Counted from the stretch's first letter, positions 1 to 14,196 are shown. The stretch: 64,000 bases of DNA from Callorhinchus milii (GCF_018977255.1 NW_024704742.1:31498001-31562000); one strand, 5' to 3'. Notes: generated from the sequence alone by a model not told the origin. Made by a program: numbers and translations.

Positions 1-3000
1 ATTTAGTCAGCGTCAAGTGAGAAGCAAACACATCTTTCATGGACATCCTGAGCAGGGCAAGTTTTCCCGTTAATGCTGGAAAGTGGTTTTGTGGAAATAC
101 AATTAGAATTACTCAGCACAAGCAGTCACGGTAGCAGTGAAGCCCACCTACCTGTGGTGACTGATGGCATGGAGTACTGCTCCTCTCACCTCCAGTCATT
201 CAATTCAGTCTGTCCATCTCTTGTGCTGGGGTTGGAAGCTGTTGCGCTCTTCTTTCTATCCTCAATGTGATAAGGTGCCACAACAAACACAAGGATGAGT
301 ATGGTTATCACTTGTTCGTTCTTTGGTAATTTTGGTGGGAGAGATGAGGACTGCGAGATGGCAGATTCAGAGGTGCAACACCACTACAGATAAAAACAGC
401 ACAAAGAGATCAGTGTGTACTATGGGGAGTTGAGTCCCTGTAAACACAAGGAACAGATTAGCAGAATGCCACAAGCATATAAACCACAAACGTTTTAAGA
501 CTGAGCCTAACAGTGCCCCTAAGTAAAATTTAGAAGAGGCTGAATATTCTAGCAAAAGTCATATCGATAGATTGTGGTCATTTAAGATGTTAAAAAATGC
601 AATGTTTTTCTATCTGGAAATCTTCCTTAAAGTCCATATTTCTTGATTCAGCCCCATTTTTCAGCACCCGTGGGGGGGAAATCCCACCTGGATCTAGATG
701 TACTCTTGTTTTCTTTGCATTTTAGAGTGTTCAAAATTTAACAAGAATAATAATCCTTGTATTTGATATAAAGTCATATCACGTTGTCAAGATATCTCAA
801 AGTGCCTCACTGGATACAATGTAAAGCAGTGGGACAATTTCCTAAACACAGACTTCATTTTGAATTGTTTTTTCTGTAAAACAAAATTAAGAATTACACA
901 GAACAGGCTTCAAGATTGAATTCTGGATTCTCTTGAAATGCTGAGAGAATAGATGAATTCTGGACACAAGTGGAATTTCTCCCCAGAATGTTGAAAATAG
1001 CTCCCCCAGTGGATTTGTGGGCAGAAGCAGCAGGTTAAAAGCTTGCCAGACCTGCCTGCGGCCTGAGATTTCTCAGAGGCTTAGTCAGAGGACCCTTGTC
1101 TTAAAATGCAAAACTGTGCAGCATTTTGGAAAATTCTTAAACTCAGTCTAAGATATAATAAAAATGTTGTCATTCACTTCATTGCTGTTGCTTTGCGCAA
1201 ATTGGCTACAGTGTTTGCCTACAAAATACACAGTTACTGCAACTTACAATGAGTCCTGTTAAGTGCTTTGCAATGTCCTACCGATGTGAAAAGTGCGATA
1301 CCAAATGCAAGGGTTATTTATTATTATTATTCTCTTGGAGGGCAATATTTCGGGTATTTCTGTAAGGTGCGGTCATTGGAAAGTCAATGGAAATTTTCAA
1401 AACTTATCACTTTCAAGCTGTGACCAGCACAAGAAGTTCTACATCACATTCTGCCCACACACGTACCTCAGCATGTGATCCCGACTGACTCGTGCCTAAA
1501 CTGCTGCACATACAGCTCAGAGTATTTATTTCCCAGCTCAGCAGCCACTAATCATCAGACCAGTCAGTCCACAGCTCGCTCTATGGTTCCTCCAACATAA
1601 TAATAACAATCCTTGGACTTATTATAGCTCCTGAAGCACCTCAAAGCACTTCACAGGTAATTGTGGTCAAATGTAGCCAAACGCAACAGAAAAATTATCC
1701 ACACCAAAGTCCCATGAAGTAAATAGCCATTCATCTGGAGAACTGCTGGTCAGTACAAACTCTTCACTTTTAGAATATTTCTATGGGGTCTTTGTCACCC
1801 ACCTACAGAGGCACACTGGAGTGCCAGCCTGGATTGTGAGCTCAAACACAGATACAGGGCTTGAGCCCACAACCTTCTGACTCAGAGGCAAAGGGTTACC
1901 ACCTGAGCCAGACTGATCCATTTGAATCATTAACACTGAAATAGGTGTGATATCCTTAACATTCCACTTCTTTTATTTACAACTTGGGATTTTGACTGGG
2001 CATAGAAACATAGAAATCACATAATGTACAGCGCAGAAGGAGGCTATCCTTTACGTGAGAGAGAGATGGTCTAGTTGACTCTACAAACACAATCTCAGAC
2101 AATGAATCTGGAGATGACAAATGTGGATTCAGAGGCCCCAAATTATTTATCTGCTTAGCCTTAAAACCACTGTCTTAAAATTTAACATGGAGGGACGCAT
2201 CCTGGCCAACTAATTCCGGAAAGTATTAGGTGCAGGTCAGCAGGAGTCAAGGCTTGGGGACCCCAGGGTGTGCATTGACCAGCTAAAACCCCATTCCCCA
2301 TAAGGGTCTAACCAGCTAAAACCCCACAGCTTGCCATTGATAGCACTGTCTGGCAAACTTTCCCTCCACTTGTCCAGTTAGGACCACCCAGCCTAATAAG
2401 AGCTTTGCTCCTATTAACGCCCCTACTGGGTTAACAGGAGCTGAGTGGGAAGATTCCCTGCCCCCATAATTGGTCTGCATTTCCAAGTCCTGCTGATGAG
2501 TCTATGCTGTCATCAGAGATGGAGGGGAAGTGGGAAGACGTTCCAGAGGTTGGAGGCACAGTAGCTGAAGGCTCCATCACTGAAGGTGGCACAGACAGGG
2601 TGGGGGATGTGTAGCAAGCCCCAGTTGGGTGAGCGGAGGCGGTGAGCAGAGTGAGCTTGGAAAAGACGAAGCACATAGGTTTTCAAACATATTTCCGATG
2701 TTACAAACCTACCACAGGGGACTGTAAGGCTTTGGTTCAAATTTAGCATTATGATTAAGCAAACAGTTTACAGGAAATGCATTGTAAATGTGCACAATGC
2801 AAATGTTATGTATTATTTGATATTAATCTGTAGTCGATCACAAATGTGTTACAGGACTTGGTGTGACTTCCCTGATTGCAATTGGTGAAATATGCAAATG
2901 GTGAAATATTTGTTAGATTGACACATGAGCTCCATTAGTTTAAATTACACTTCCCACAACCCAAAGGATTTTGATGTCTTTTTTTTGTTTCATATTTTAT

Positions 3001-4044
3001 GGAAAATAAATTCTTCTTCAAAGTGTGATGAGTGCCATCAGGATTCCAAAGCTAATTGAACAGAAAGTTGCTTGAAAAATTGACCTTCTGAAAGTAAGAT
3101 CATCAAGAAACCTGGCCTCCAGTCAAATATGCTTGGCAATCCCAGATGGTAGACTGTTGTTCTACACTTTGAACATAAGTGAGGTTCCTTTTATGAATCT
3201 ACCTAACTCCACAATGCAAATCTATAATTATAGGGCATTGAGAAATGCCATGTAAACCAATCGGGAAAACAATATAAGCCGCAACCTCGTTAAGTGTGCA
3301 CAAATACGCAATGAATGCACCCGATTTTATAATATTTATCCTTTTGTTATCTTTTCTTTCATCTTTTTAGAATCTCCCCGTCATAAATCCTGCACACTAA
3401 AAGCTCCTGATACTTATAACACAACATTCATTGTGCGGCTGTACAAGCCGTGGGATTAATTTGTTATTCTGTTATTTGTATTTCAAATTATTTATTCGGC
3501 TACGGAGACTGTGGGACTACTTCCCGACTGGTCTTTCCGTTCCCCAAACTGTGGCACTCTCTGTACGGAAATATATTGTGGCAGTTTATCACTGAGCTGG
3601 TTTCAGATTTTACTTCTGTGCCTCACTTGAGGCTGTAAATATTAACTGGATCATAAATTGCCCTCAGAGATGACAATTGCCCACTGACTGACTGGGGGTT
3701 CGTGAGGACAGCTGCTGAGTACAGAAATCTCAGCGCCATTCATACCTCAAAGCAAAGCATTACAAAGGGGAATAATCAAAAGTGAATGTTATGAAGTCAA
3801 ACCCAGCAGCCAATTTGTGAGAATGAGCTGTGCAGTCGATCAATCTGAATTTTTTTTGGGGGTGAGTTTGGACGAAAGGCAACTGGGAGAGAGACTATTT
3901 TTTTAAAAAAATATCCACCCACAAAATGTATGATCAATTTACTTTACAGTATATTCTGTGGAGCGCTCTGAGACACCTCAAAGACATGATAAGGTGCAAG
4001 CTATATAAAATGCAAGGATTATTAATAGTCGTAGTCTGACAGGT

Positions 4045-4263
4045 AGGGAGAAATTCCATCCAGATCTAAATTTACTCTATTTATGTAGCATTTTATGGCG
4101 TCCACAATTTGGCAAATTGTTGAATTCAGTCTTAGCTTTCAAGCTGTTAAAAGAATCGAATATCAAAATTAAGGTTGTGTTCCAGAAATTGGCCAAGGAC
4201 GCTCTAAAAAGCTACAAAAAATAGAAAAAATCTAAATCGAGTTAAAGTAGAATTTCTTCCCCA
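4045..4263. mobile_element. MITE-like element with imperfect TIRs
   Basis: Left end GGGAGAAATTCCATCCAGATCTAAAT, right end ...GTAGAATTTCTTCCCC. Related copies at about 673-985, 4435-4645 and 48673-49010. Confidence 0.6.
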
Positions 4264-6417
4264 GGATCTTTTAACATCCACCACCAGGCAGACTGGACCT
4301 CGGTTCGACAATAAGATGATGATAATTCTTGTTTTGCTGAATAAAAAGCTATAGCCAGCACCATACCCTGCTATTTGCTATTTTTGTGTTTCTTAAAATA
4401 AATCTATAATGTTTAGCACTTAAGACTTCCAACAGATAAAATTCTACTTGAGTCTAGAATTTCTCCATTAACGTAGCATTTCAGAGTGTACAGAACTTGA
4501 CAAAATCTTAAATATAGTTGAATTTTTAAGACGTTTTCAGTAAGTTTTGTTTAACAAAATCAACTTCATAATTAGGACTGTATTCAAAATTTGCTGAATT
4601 CTGGTAGAAATAGTGGAAATCTAGACCAGGTGGAACTTTACCACAGTTCTGAAATAAAAGCTGCAATAGAAATGTTAACCAGATCTTTGACAATTGTTTA
4701 ATAATATTTTGGATGCATTACAATACAAATTCCAACAACAAACAATTTTTTTTAGAGTTTTGAGATTTTTGTTATCAACAGCTTTGAAGGAGAAACAAAA
4801 TATATCTTGCATGTATCAAGCCATGAGAGTGCTATAAAGCCTTAAGCACTGTCGATAGTCCTCTTGTGGGATGAAATACCGCACTTGTTTAGCTGATGAA
4901 TCCAAAACTTATACCATGTGCAAGGAACCTGACATAAACCACTCAGAGGCTTCAGTTGTGAGCAATGGGCTCAATGAATGTTCAAAAGCCAAACCGTGGC
5001 AACCTCGATAAAACTGGCCTCAAAATATAGGGTGAAAAATGCAATGTTTCAGAACAGGTTGGATCCAACATAATTAGAAATATTAGAAATTATTTCCAGT
5101 GGTCAGTGATTCAGTAACAAGGGTCCAACAATTTAAGATAATTAGTAAACAAGCAAATGGGAGGTTAGGAGAATGTTTTTCTCACACATAATGGGATATG
5201 GCAGGTAAACAAGACTGAAAGGATTGCTCTTGAGGGAGCCTGCACAGACATGGTGAACCTTCTTCTGTCCTAAATGTCCATAGTTCTATGGTTCTACATA
5301 TTGATGACAGCGAAAATGTTACAACTGTGACAAAGAGCTACTCATTTGTGAATGTAAGAATACTACAAGCACCCAAGTACACAGAAGCACACAGAATTAT
5401 AATGGTAGCCCAGTGCAAACAGTGTATTTGTGTTTAAAGTGAAACTTTGTGCTCTCTTACAGCCATCACAAAGCTTTATCACCGTTCTATGAGAGCATGC
5501 TCGTGTTCACCTAACTCAGATCCGCTGGTAGGGTATATTTACCGTGACGTCCGATTCCTCTTACAGCTGAAAATAAAATACCGTGCTGCATTTATATTAC
5601 TGCTCGATCTTCCCACTTATCTTTCAAATAAAAATAGCAAAAGGGCTTTGACTCTAATATAAGCTATCGAGGGCAAGGATGATAGAAAAAAGAAGTATTG
5701 AAGAGGAATTAGAACATGAGGCTGTGAGAATCACAAGTGGCAGAATGGATTGACCCCAAGGCAGCCCGAAGCTGGTTATATTGAAGAGCTATCACTTTTC
5801 TGAGTATAACATGACGCTGTCTCATATTGCTTCCATCTCAAATGGTTACATTAAGAGTGGCTATAGCAGCAGTCAATGTAATAATAATAAAGTGGCCATT
5901 CATTCTTGCGCATTTTGTCAAGAGAAAATAGCACCTTTGGAAATGCATTGGTTGTTGGATGACCTTCAGTTCAGCTAACAGGCTGAGTCTCTTGGCTTCT
6001 TCAAAAGCAATTATTTAAAACATCATAGCATGTGTACTCTGGTAGCCAAAGGGACAAATGCAGGCAGATAAACTAGTATTAAATGCATTACTGAGCTACT
6101 TTTAATAATACAGAGACACACTTAAAGGCTTCACAATGATCTCATGAAGAGGATGTTTTGACCTTAAAGATGTCATTTAACATTACAAGCAAAACAATAG
6201 AGTCCATCATATGGCGATCACTGAAGCTAGCAAAATTGAAGTCTAAATTGGATCCGTTCAGAAGAGGAGTCATTAATAACAATTTCAAGCTGCAATTAAG
6301 AGTTTGTTCCCGGTAACCGGAGTACGTCACGTTAACCTGTGGGAGCTCCACTCCAACAAATCTACTTGTGCAATACCATTTGAGGGGTGGATGTGATGCA
6401 CTTTTGGCTATTGGCGT

Positions 6418-6789
6418 GGAGTCATGTAGCTCAGTGGTTAGAGCGCTCATCTCGCAAGCAAGATATCTGGGTTTGATTCCCAGCAGGACGAAGTCTTGAG
6501 CAAGTTTCCTTACTCCAGACATCTCTGTTTACCTAGTAGTAAGTAGGAACTCGGGTTGTTAGTCGATTGGCGGATCGCTTTTTTGGGGGTAATTATTCCT
6601 TCAAAAAAAAATAATTTGGTCACTCAATCCATGACTGTTTGTGGGACATTGCTGTGCGCAATTGGTTGCTGTGTTTCGCCCACAAAATATACAGTCAATT
6701 CACTTCACAGTATATTCTGTGAAGTGTTTTGTGATGTCTCAAAGACGTGATAAGTCACCATATCAAATGCAGGGATTATTATTATTATT
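6418..6789 (+). mobile_element. Full-length tRNA-derived SINE (dominant local family)
   Basis: tRNA-like head with A-box-like TAGCTCAGTGG and B-box-like GTTTGATTCC, a shared body, and tail ...ATCAAATGCA-GGATTATTATT. Many tail fragments of this family occur across the window. Confidence 0.9.
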
Positions 6790-8004
6790 GGAAGGAGTCA
6801 CTACTTTGTAATTCAACATTGTTAATAAATAAATAATAATAATCCTTACACTTGACATTGCGCTTTTCATATCAGGAGGATTCTCAAAGTGCTTCACAGG
6901 ATACACTGTAAATTGTATGGACTAAGTAGTTTGTAAGTGAATTATTGCAATTATATATCGCCACAGTTTTGGACCTCATCTGGATAAACAGGATTTCCCA
7001 TTAAAAACAAGCAATGAAAAGGTCACTTGTTTAGCAATTGGTGTACAAAAGAGCTCATTTCACTTACAAATACACAGTCACTTCACTTTACAGTAAAAAT
7101 CCTGTGAAACTTCTTTGAGACATTTATTCAATGTGATAAGGCACTATATCAAATGCAAGGAATATTATTATTATTCAGCAAATATTGCTTTAATTCAGTG
7201 AAATGAAATATCAATCCCCTTCAGTAAAGAAAAAAATCGCTAAACAGTAAGGCTCCTGCACTGAAGCTTACTGCCCAACTCATGTTCAGTGGAGATTACA
7301 GGTGGTCTGTATGACCTTTTCTTGCTTATTATAGACCTCAAGTTCTCAATCAGTTTAGACGAGTTATGTACTGGATGGAATAGCTGCATTTATGGCTGTA
7401 CCATCAGAAAATGTGCAGCACAGTGAAAATGTCGGGATGTGTCTCTTGCAGTCTATTACTCAAGATACAACGTAATGTGTCTTTTGGAGATTGATCTGGA
7501 TCAATTAGCTTTTTAGGTAATTAAAAGACTGGACTAGATGGGAGCCTTCACAATTTCAATAAAATAGTAACTACCTATTCACTAACCAAATGTTTGATAT
7601 AGCTTTGATATATAACATCTCAAAATGCTTCATAATGTTTCTGTAAAATGTAGTCAGTGCATATTTGAAGGCAAACACACCAATCAATCTACACACAACT
7701 ATATCCCACAAACAGCCATAATAATAATCCTTGCATTTGATATAGCACTTCACAGAGTATACTGTAAAGTGAATTGACTATATTTTGTGGGCCTTAAAGT
7801 GAAGCACAATCTGCTTGACATGTTCATGGGAACAGAGGATGGGAAATGTGGAATTTTTCAGTAAGAAATTAAGTCGGGAAAATAGGCCTCATTCTGTTAA
7901 GTGGGAAAGTCATGCTAACCTGCGTGGTCTCCACTCTTACTCAGCCCACTTCTGGAGTGGAGATACCGTGGGTCACCAGGATTGTTTGTTAAGAGGATCC
8001 ATAG

Positions 8005-8430
8005 GTGCCAGTCTGGCTCAGTTGGTAGCACTCTGGCCTCTGAGTCAGAAGGTTTTGGGTTCAAGCCCCATATCGGGACTCTTGAGCTCAAATTCAACGC
8101 TGACACTCCAATGCAATGCCGGGGGGATTTGCTACATTGTCAGAGGTGCCGTCCTTCAGTTGAGATGTCAAACTGGTGCCTGTTCAGGTCTATGTTAAAG
8201 ATTCCATGGCACTTTTCACAGAAGAGAAAGGAATTTCTCCCAGTGTCTTGGCCAATAATCCTCCAGATAAAATTATTAGTCATTCACTCCTTGACTGTTT
8301 GTGGGAAACTTGGTGAGTGAATTGGCTGCTGTGTTTACCTGCAAATACACAGTCATTGCATTTTACAGAAAATCCTGTGAAAGCCTTGAGACCTTTAGAT
8401 GATGTGATTAGGCACTATATCAAAATTTAT
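8005..8430 (+). mobile_element. Deu-domain-like tRNA SINE (second SINE family)
   Basis: tRNA head GGCTCAGTTGGTAGCACTC...GGGTTCAAGCCC, then GTTAAAGATTCCATGGCAC...GAAGAGAAAGGAATTTCTCCCAGTGTCTTGGCCAA, which resembles the Deu domain of AmnSINE1/SacSINE1, then the shared tail. Confidence 0.75.
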
Positions 8431-9272
8431 ATTATTAATTATATTATTAAATTATATTATTATTAAAAATCTGACATTTTAGGCCCCAATATTTGTTTAT
8501 GTCTAGACATTATTTGCACCAACTTTCTGGGATAACATTTCCCAGGAGAGAAGTGATCTGGCCAGAGGGAGAAGGAGCAGAAGTGAACCTGTGGTGGGGT
8601 GTCTAGCACCCCTGTATATGACACCAGTTTTAAATTCAGCAGTAATTTATCAGTACCTAACCCTTTGGCGTTTATTAATACTGTATTTACTGCATTGTAA
8701 TTGACTGCTGCTGTTAAGGAGTACCCTTGAGAATTAAACAGAGATAACTTGGGCTTTGCTGAAACCTGCAAGTCCGACAAGTCAAGGTAGCTGATGATAT
8801 CATGGATCTCACGAAGGCATAGTTCAAATAGTTCACCCAGACCAGTGCTGGGCTGTTCTAACCTGCAACACATTCCTAGAGATTGCTTTTGCTATAATAT
8901 ACAGTTTTTTAATGGTTTACAGTAAACCGTGATTGGTTCAGAGCCCAGCCTGACCCTCCAGTACAGCAGAGGAGGCAGACATTGTCAGAGATGCTGTCCA
9001 TCACAAGGGAAGTTAAGTCAAAGTTCCTGCTGTCTGTTAAAAATCACATGACACTGTCTGAAAAGAGAAGGGAGTTTCTCCCAATGTTATGGCTCAACTG
9101 TGCTTCAGATTAATCCGTCACTCATGGATCTGAGTGAGTGGTTGTTCATGGGATCTTTCGGGGTGCCAAAAGGCCTCTGTGTTTGTTTACAAAAAACAGT
9201 CACTCCACTTGACAGCAATTACTGAAAAGTGCTTTGAGATGTTTTGATGTGGCAAGGCATTATATATAAAAA

Positions 9273-9623
9273 AATAATCCTTGCATTTGATATGGTGCCT
9301 TATCACATTGCTGAAACGTCTCAAAGCGCTTCACAGAATATAATATAAAGAGTATTGATTGTATATTTTGGGGGCAAAACGCAGCAGCCAATTACACACA
9401 GCAATGTCCCACAAACAATCGTCGATTGAGTGACCACATTTCTTTTGGAGGAATTATTACCCCCGGAAAGCGATCCATGATAACAACGAAGTTCCTACTT
9501 ACTGCTGGGTAAACAGAGGCTTGTGGAGTAAGGAAATTTGCCCAACATTTCGCTCTGCCGGGAATCAAACCTGGATCTCTTGCTTGTGAGGCGAGTAATC
9601 TAACCACTGAGCTCAGGACTCCA
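9273..9623 (-). mobile_element. Full-length tRNA-derived SINE
   Basis: Reverse-complement match to the copy at 6418. Confidence 0.88.
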
Positions 9624-11162
9624 GGAACTTGCCTCAGGCTTTGCCCTGCCTGGCAATCAAACCTGGATCCTCCTGACGTAAAAGGCACTATACAAATGGA
9701 AATTGCTCTTGGTGCTGGTGGTGGTGTATCAATCTAGAATGTTAGTTCAGTGTCCCAACATGGAGCTTGAGCCCACAACCTTTAGATTCAGAGGCAAGAA
9801 TGCTACCACTGAGCCAGACTGACAACGTATATGCTTGCTTCAACATCATTATTCCTACTAAATCCATAGATAAATCAGTAATCCTGTCATTTCATCATGT
9901 CGCAAAAATACTATATTTTAAGAGTCTGTGTTAGATACCTCAATCTGACATCAAACAGAACGTGAGCATCAACAAAAAAAATCCAAGAAAACCAATAAAA
10001 TGTCAAATTATTTTGTTTTGAGTGAATGCAATGCTATGATAGCCAAATAAGGTGTTCCTACAGTTTCAACAAGTATCTAATTTATCCTGAATATCTTAAC
10101 ATTTTGTGGAGTCCTGCAGGGCAGTGCAACTCACGACCTTTTGATTGGAAATGAGAGGATTATTATTATTATTACATTATTGGTTGTGGTAATCCTGAAG
10201 GTGGCTGAAAGCCAGCAGACAAGAAGATAACAATTGAATACTGTGGAATATCGAAGAATTCAATGTGATGCCTACACAGCGAATATTTAAAATGTTCTGT
10301 TTATAAATATTCATTTTTAAAATTGAAATTCATTTTTAAAATTTAAATGTATTCATTCCCAATGCAACCAACATATATTGCCCTTCGTTCCACTAAGGAA
10401 TGTCATTTAGTGCTTCACTAAACACACATCTCCACAGTAAATATGGTACTGTGTTTAATATGTGTTATTTGACATCTTAAGATGGCATCGCTTCCACGGG
10501 TTTAAAATAAAATGTAAAACAAATTGATCAATGCCACTTCTTCTTAACAGTAGCAGTCACTCAAGGCTTTCCGGAGCTTAATCCAAGCCTCACCAGTCAG
10601 TGAGTTGCAATATCTGACTGAAGGTAAGAATAATAGGGCCAATGTTCAATGATTTGTGTTTTATCACATGCTCGAGTGCAGCCCGTAAGTCTGTCACTAA
10701 TTGCCTGGGCAACATTTTTCAATTCAACAGTAGTTTCAAATCATCGACTCCAAGGCAGCAAAGGGCGCTCGGGATGTTTATGAGCTAAGCACAGAGATGC
10801 AGTTTCAGAGGTGGAGATGAGACACCTTCTACTTTGTTTCCACACCCTCCCTGGCCTCATACCTCATAGCTATTCCATTGGCAACAAATGCTTTTGACCC
10901 TTCGTAAAGCATGCTGCAATCCACAAAATCAGTTCAGAAACAAACCTGTGTCCATCAGGCAAACTGTGCATCAAGTCTCCAGAGCTCCACTACCTTTGTC
11001 TGTGGGAATCACTGCATTCCTTGTATTTAAAGTATTATTCCTCGTTAGCAAGTTAGGTGTATTCAAAAGCATTTCCTCCTGTAGTTAATAATAGCTCCCG
11101 CTCTCACAATACATCTAGGTCATTGCCTATCACAACAACAATTTACATTGATGTACAGGACA

Positions 11163-11541
11163 TGGAGTCCTGTAGTTTAGTGGTTAGAGCACTCACCTCG
11201 CAAGTGAGAGGACCTGAGTTTGAGTCCCAGCAGGGCAAAAAATTGGGTAAGTTTCCTTACGCCACACTCCTCTGTTTATCTAACAGTATGTAGGAACCTG
11301 GTTGTTAGTCGATTGGTGGATCGCTTTTCCCGAGGTAATAATTCCTTCAATATAAATAAAAATAATTTGGTCGTTCAATCCATGACTTTTTGTGGGACAC
11401 TGCGGTGCGCAATTGGCTGCCACGTTTCGCTCACAAAATATACAGTCAATTCACTTTGCAGTATATTCTGTGAACCACTTTGAGATGTCTTGATGACGTG
11501 ATAAGGCACTATTTCAAATTCAATGATTATGATTATTATTA
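11163..11541 (+). mobile_element. Full-length tRNA-derived SINE
   Basis: Same head, body and tail as the 6418 copy. Confidence 0.9.
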
Positions 11542-12999
11542 TTGTATAACTAGCACCTTTCGTGTCAGGAGGATCTCAATGTGCTGACTGGGAGCCTGAG
11601 CTGGGTGGGGGAACCGGCGATGGGAGGTAAAGTGACCGAAAGTGCAGTCAAATAGAAAAGTCCTTAAAATGGGACAGATATGCTGCAGACAATTTGACCG
11701 CAGCACACTTGTGACAACATGCCAGTTATCTCTGACACAGGGGTCCACTACACACGTGACACACCGAAATATCTAGAGCAAGGTCACCATGATCTGTGCG
11801 AGCACCTTCAAGGCTTCTACTTGTCATCAAATCAAATTTGTGTGGGATTTGCTAAGGTTTATGTTCATGACCAATTTAGCAATTAGCAAACTAGCACATA
11901 AAGTTGCTGATAAAGATATAAAGAGTCTCTATTCCTTTAAAACTCTTGGCCTTTAAAGAGTTTTAAATAAACTCTTTAATTACCAGTAATACATTTTAAT
12001 ATTTTTAAAAAATAATCCTTGCATTTGCAAATGTAATTTTGTTGTTGTTGCTGACATTGGGTCTATAATGCCAAAACATCTTAAAGTGCTTCACAGGAAG
12101 TTACTGTAAAGTGTAGTGACTATGTATATGTAGGTGAATGCAGTAACCAGTTAATACACGGAAAAGTCCTACAAACATCAATGAAGCAATGATCAATTTT
12201 ACCAGACGTATTGTTGGCCATGATACCGGGAGAAATTCCCTCCCTTCTCTTTTCAAGTATTGTTGACTATCAGCTTAAAATCCCAATATTGGACTTCAAC
12301 TCACAACCTTTTCATGCAGCAAAAAAAAATGCTACGAATTGAGCCAGATGGATTACTTTGTTATGGGACAAGCATAGGATTGATTCAACATATGTTTGAT
12401 CAAACACAAACATTGTTTTGAAGGGTTTATCAACCTTTAAAATACAGCAGCTTGTATCTTGAAAACAAACGTTAATGGTGGGCCGTGGATTAATAGTGAC
12501 AACGTCATCCCATTTCCCTTTCTCGGATGATATTCTGATTTCCTTTCTGGCTAACAAACGATCTCTTCTATTTATGGTCTCATCCCATGGTTTTGCCTTA
12601 AGCTAAAATACAACAGAGACTTGGCTTCCAAAAGGAACAATCACAAGTTGCTGAATGTGTGCCTTAAAATTCTTCCAATATATCTGGAAGCGAAGCAGTG
12701 ACATCCGTGTCTTGATTTGTATTGACTCTATAATACCAGGATTGAGGGACAGTCCCATCTGAACCTACAGACTGTGGCAGAATCAATAAATCAGGTAAGT
12801 GGACCTTGCCTGAATGTTGCAAGGTGGTGGTAAATTTTAAGGAAGTTGGTTGCAGGCTACGACTGGATGAAATTTCAGCCCTGAGAAGCAGGAAAGATGC
12901 CTGTTTTCTCCCTCTCTTACCCAGACGGACCAGGCCAATTCTAGAACTGTACCTCCTACAGCCGTCTTGTTAGAGATCAGTTAACACCATAGTCTAGTG

Positions 13000-14196
13000 C
13001 AGGGTTTCTCAACCCATGGGTCAAAACCCAAAACTGGGTCACCAGAATGTGTCAAAGGGTTTCAAACAGATGCTGAAAGTGTGTGCACTTTGCGGTTTTA
13101 AAAAATAATAAATTAGTAATAATAATAATCCTTGCATTTGATGTAGCACCTTATCATGTCTTTGAGACGTCTCAAAGCATTTCACAGAATATACTGTAAA
13201 GTGAATTGACTGTATATGTTGTGGGCGAAACGCATCCGCCAATTGCACACAGCAGTGTTCCACAAATATTTGTGGTTTGAGTTACCAAATTATTATTATT
13301 ATTTTTTATTTAATGCCACTTGCGCTACATAGCATGCTAATGGTGTGCATGAGCTTCTACAGCAAAATCCATGGGTTCCAAATTCTCAACGTTCCACAAT
13401 AACCCGGGAATGTGAAGGCTGGTTCGCAAGTTGCCTTGGCCGGCCGATAATTACAAACGCCACTAATTAAATTAATATAAACAGTGTAGAGGTTGTTATA
13501 CGCTACGGTTCTTGCGGTGCAACCTCTGTAATAAAGTTATTCAAATAGCAGCAGGTACCAGTGATCAGCCAGTCAAATGCAATATTCCATCATTTTACTG
13601 TAATTTTGCAGTGGAGAGTTTATAGTGTATTTTAGTCAGAGAAGCGAGTCTTGTAGTCAGTGAAATGGAGAGAGTGTTGCATGGTTGGAGGGCCAATCTT
13701 AAACCAACACTCCATCTGCCTGTACAGATGGATATTAAAGATTACATTGCACAACAGGACTGTGAAAGAGAAAGAAGTTTATATTGTTCTGTTGCAAGCA
13801 GCAGTGATAGTGGGAATTCTTTTTACACCAAACTTTGATAAACTCATCAAAGAGTAACTCAGGTTTCTCATTAAGTGGAACCTAGGATTTATACTACGGA
13901 TACTTAAGTAATTAAGGATATTGGGCAAGGGCTGGTAACTGAGCTTGAAGAGCAGATCAGCCATGATCTTATGAAATGGTGGAACAGCCTCAAGGGGCTG
14001 AAAAGCCTACTCCTGTTTCTATGTTTCTAATATATTTTAATATTTGCTGCATTTAATACTTGTTACGTTAATGTGTATATTGTAAATCGTTCTTAAAAAA
14101 TATTTAGTAAGCCAGACGTTTTTTGCACTAAAACTATTTGACAGGTCAACAAGGTTTACCAATGGGTCTTGAGCCCAAAAAGGTTGAGAACCATTC
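13000..14196. mobile_element. Possible hAT/Charlie-like DNA transposon remnant with nested SINE and CR1 pieces
   Basis: Ends CAGGGTTTCTCAACC and GGTTGAGAACCATTC resemble Charlie-type TIRs. No matching 8-bp TSD is visible, so the two ends may belong to different copies. Confidence 0.45.
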
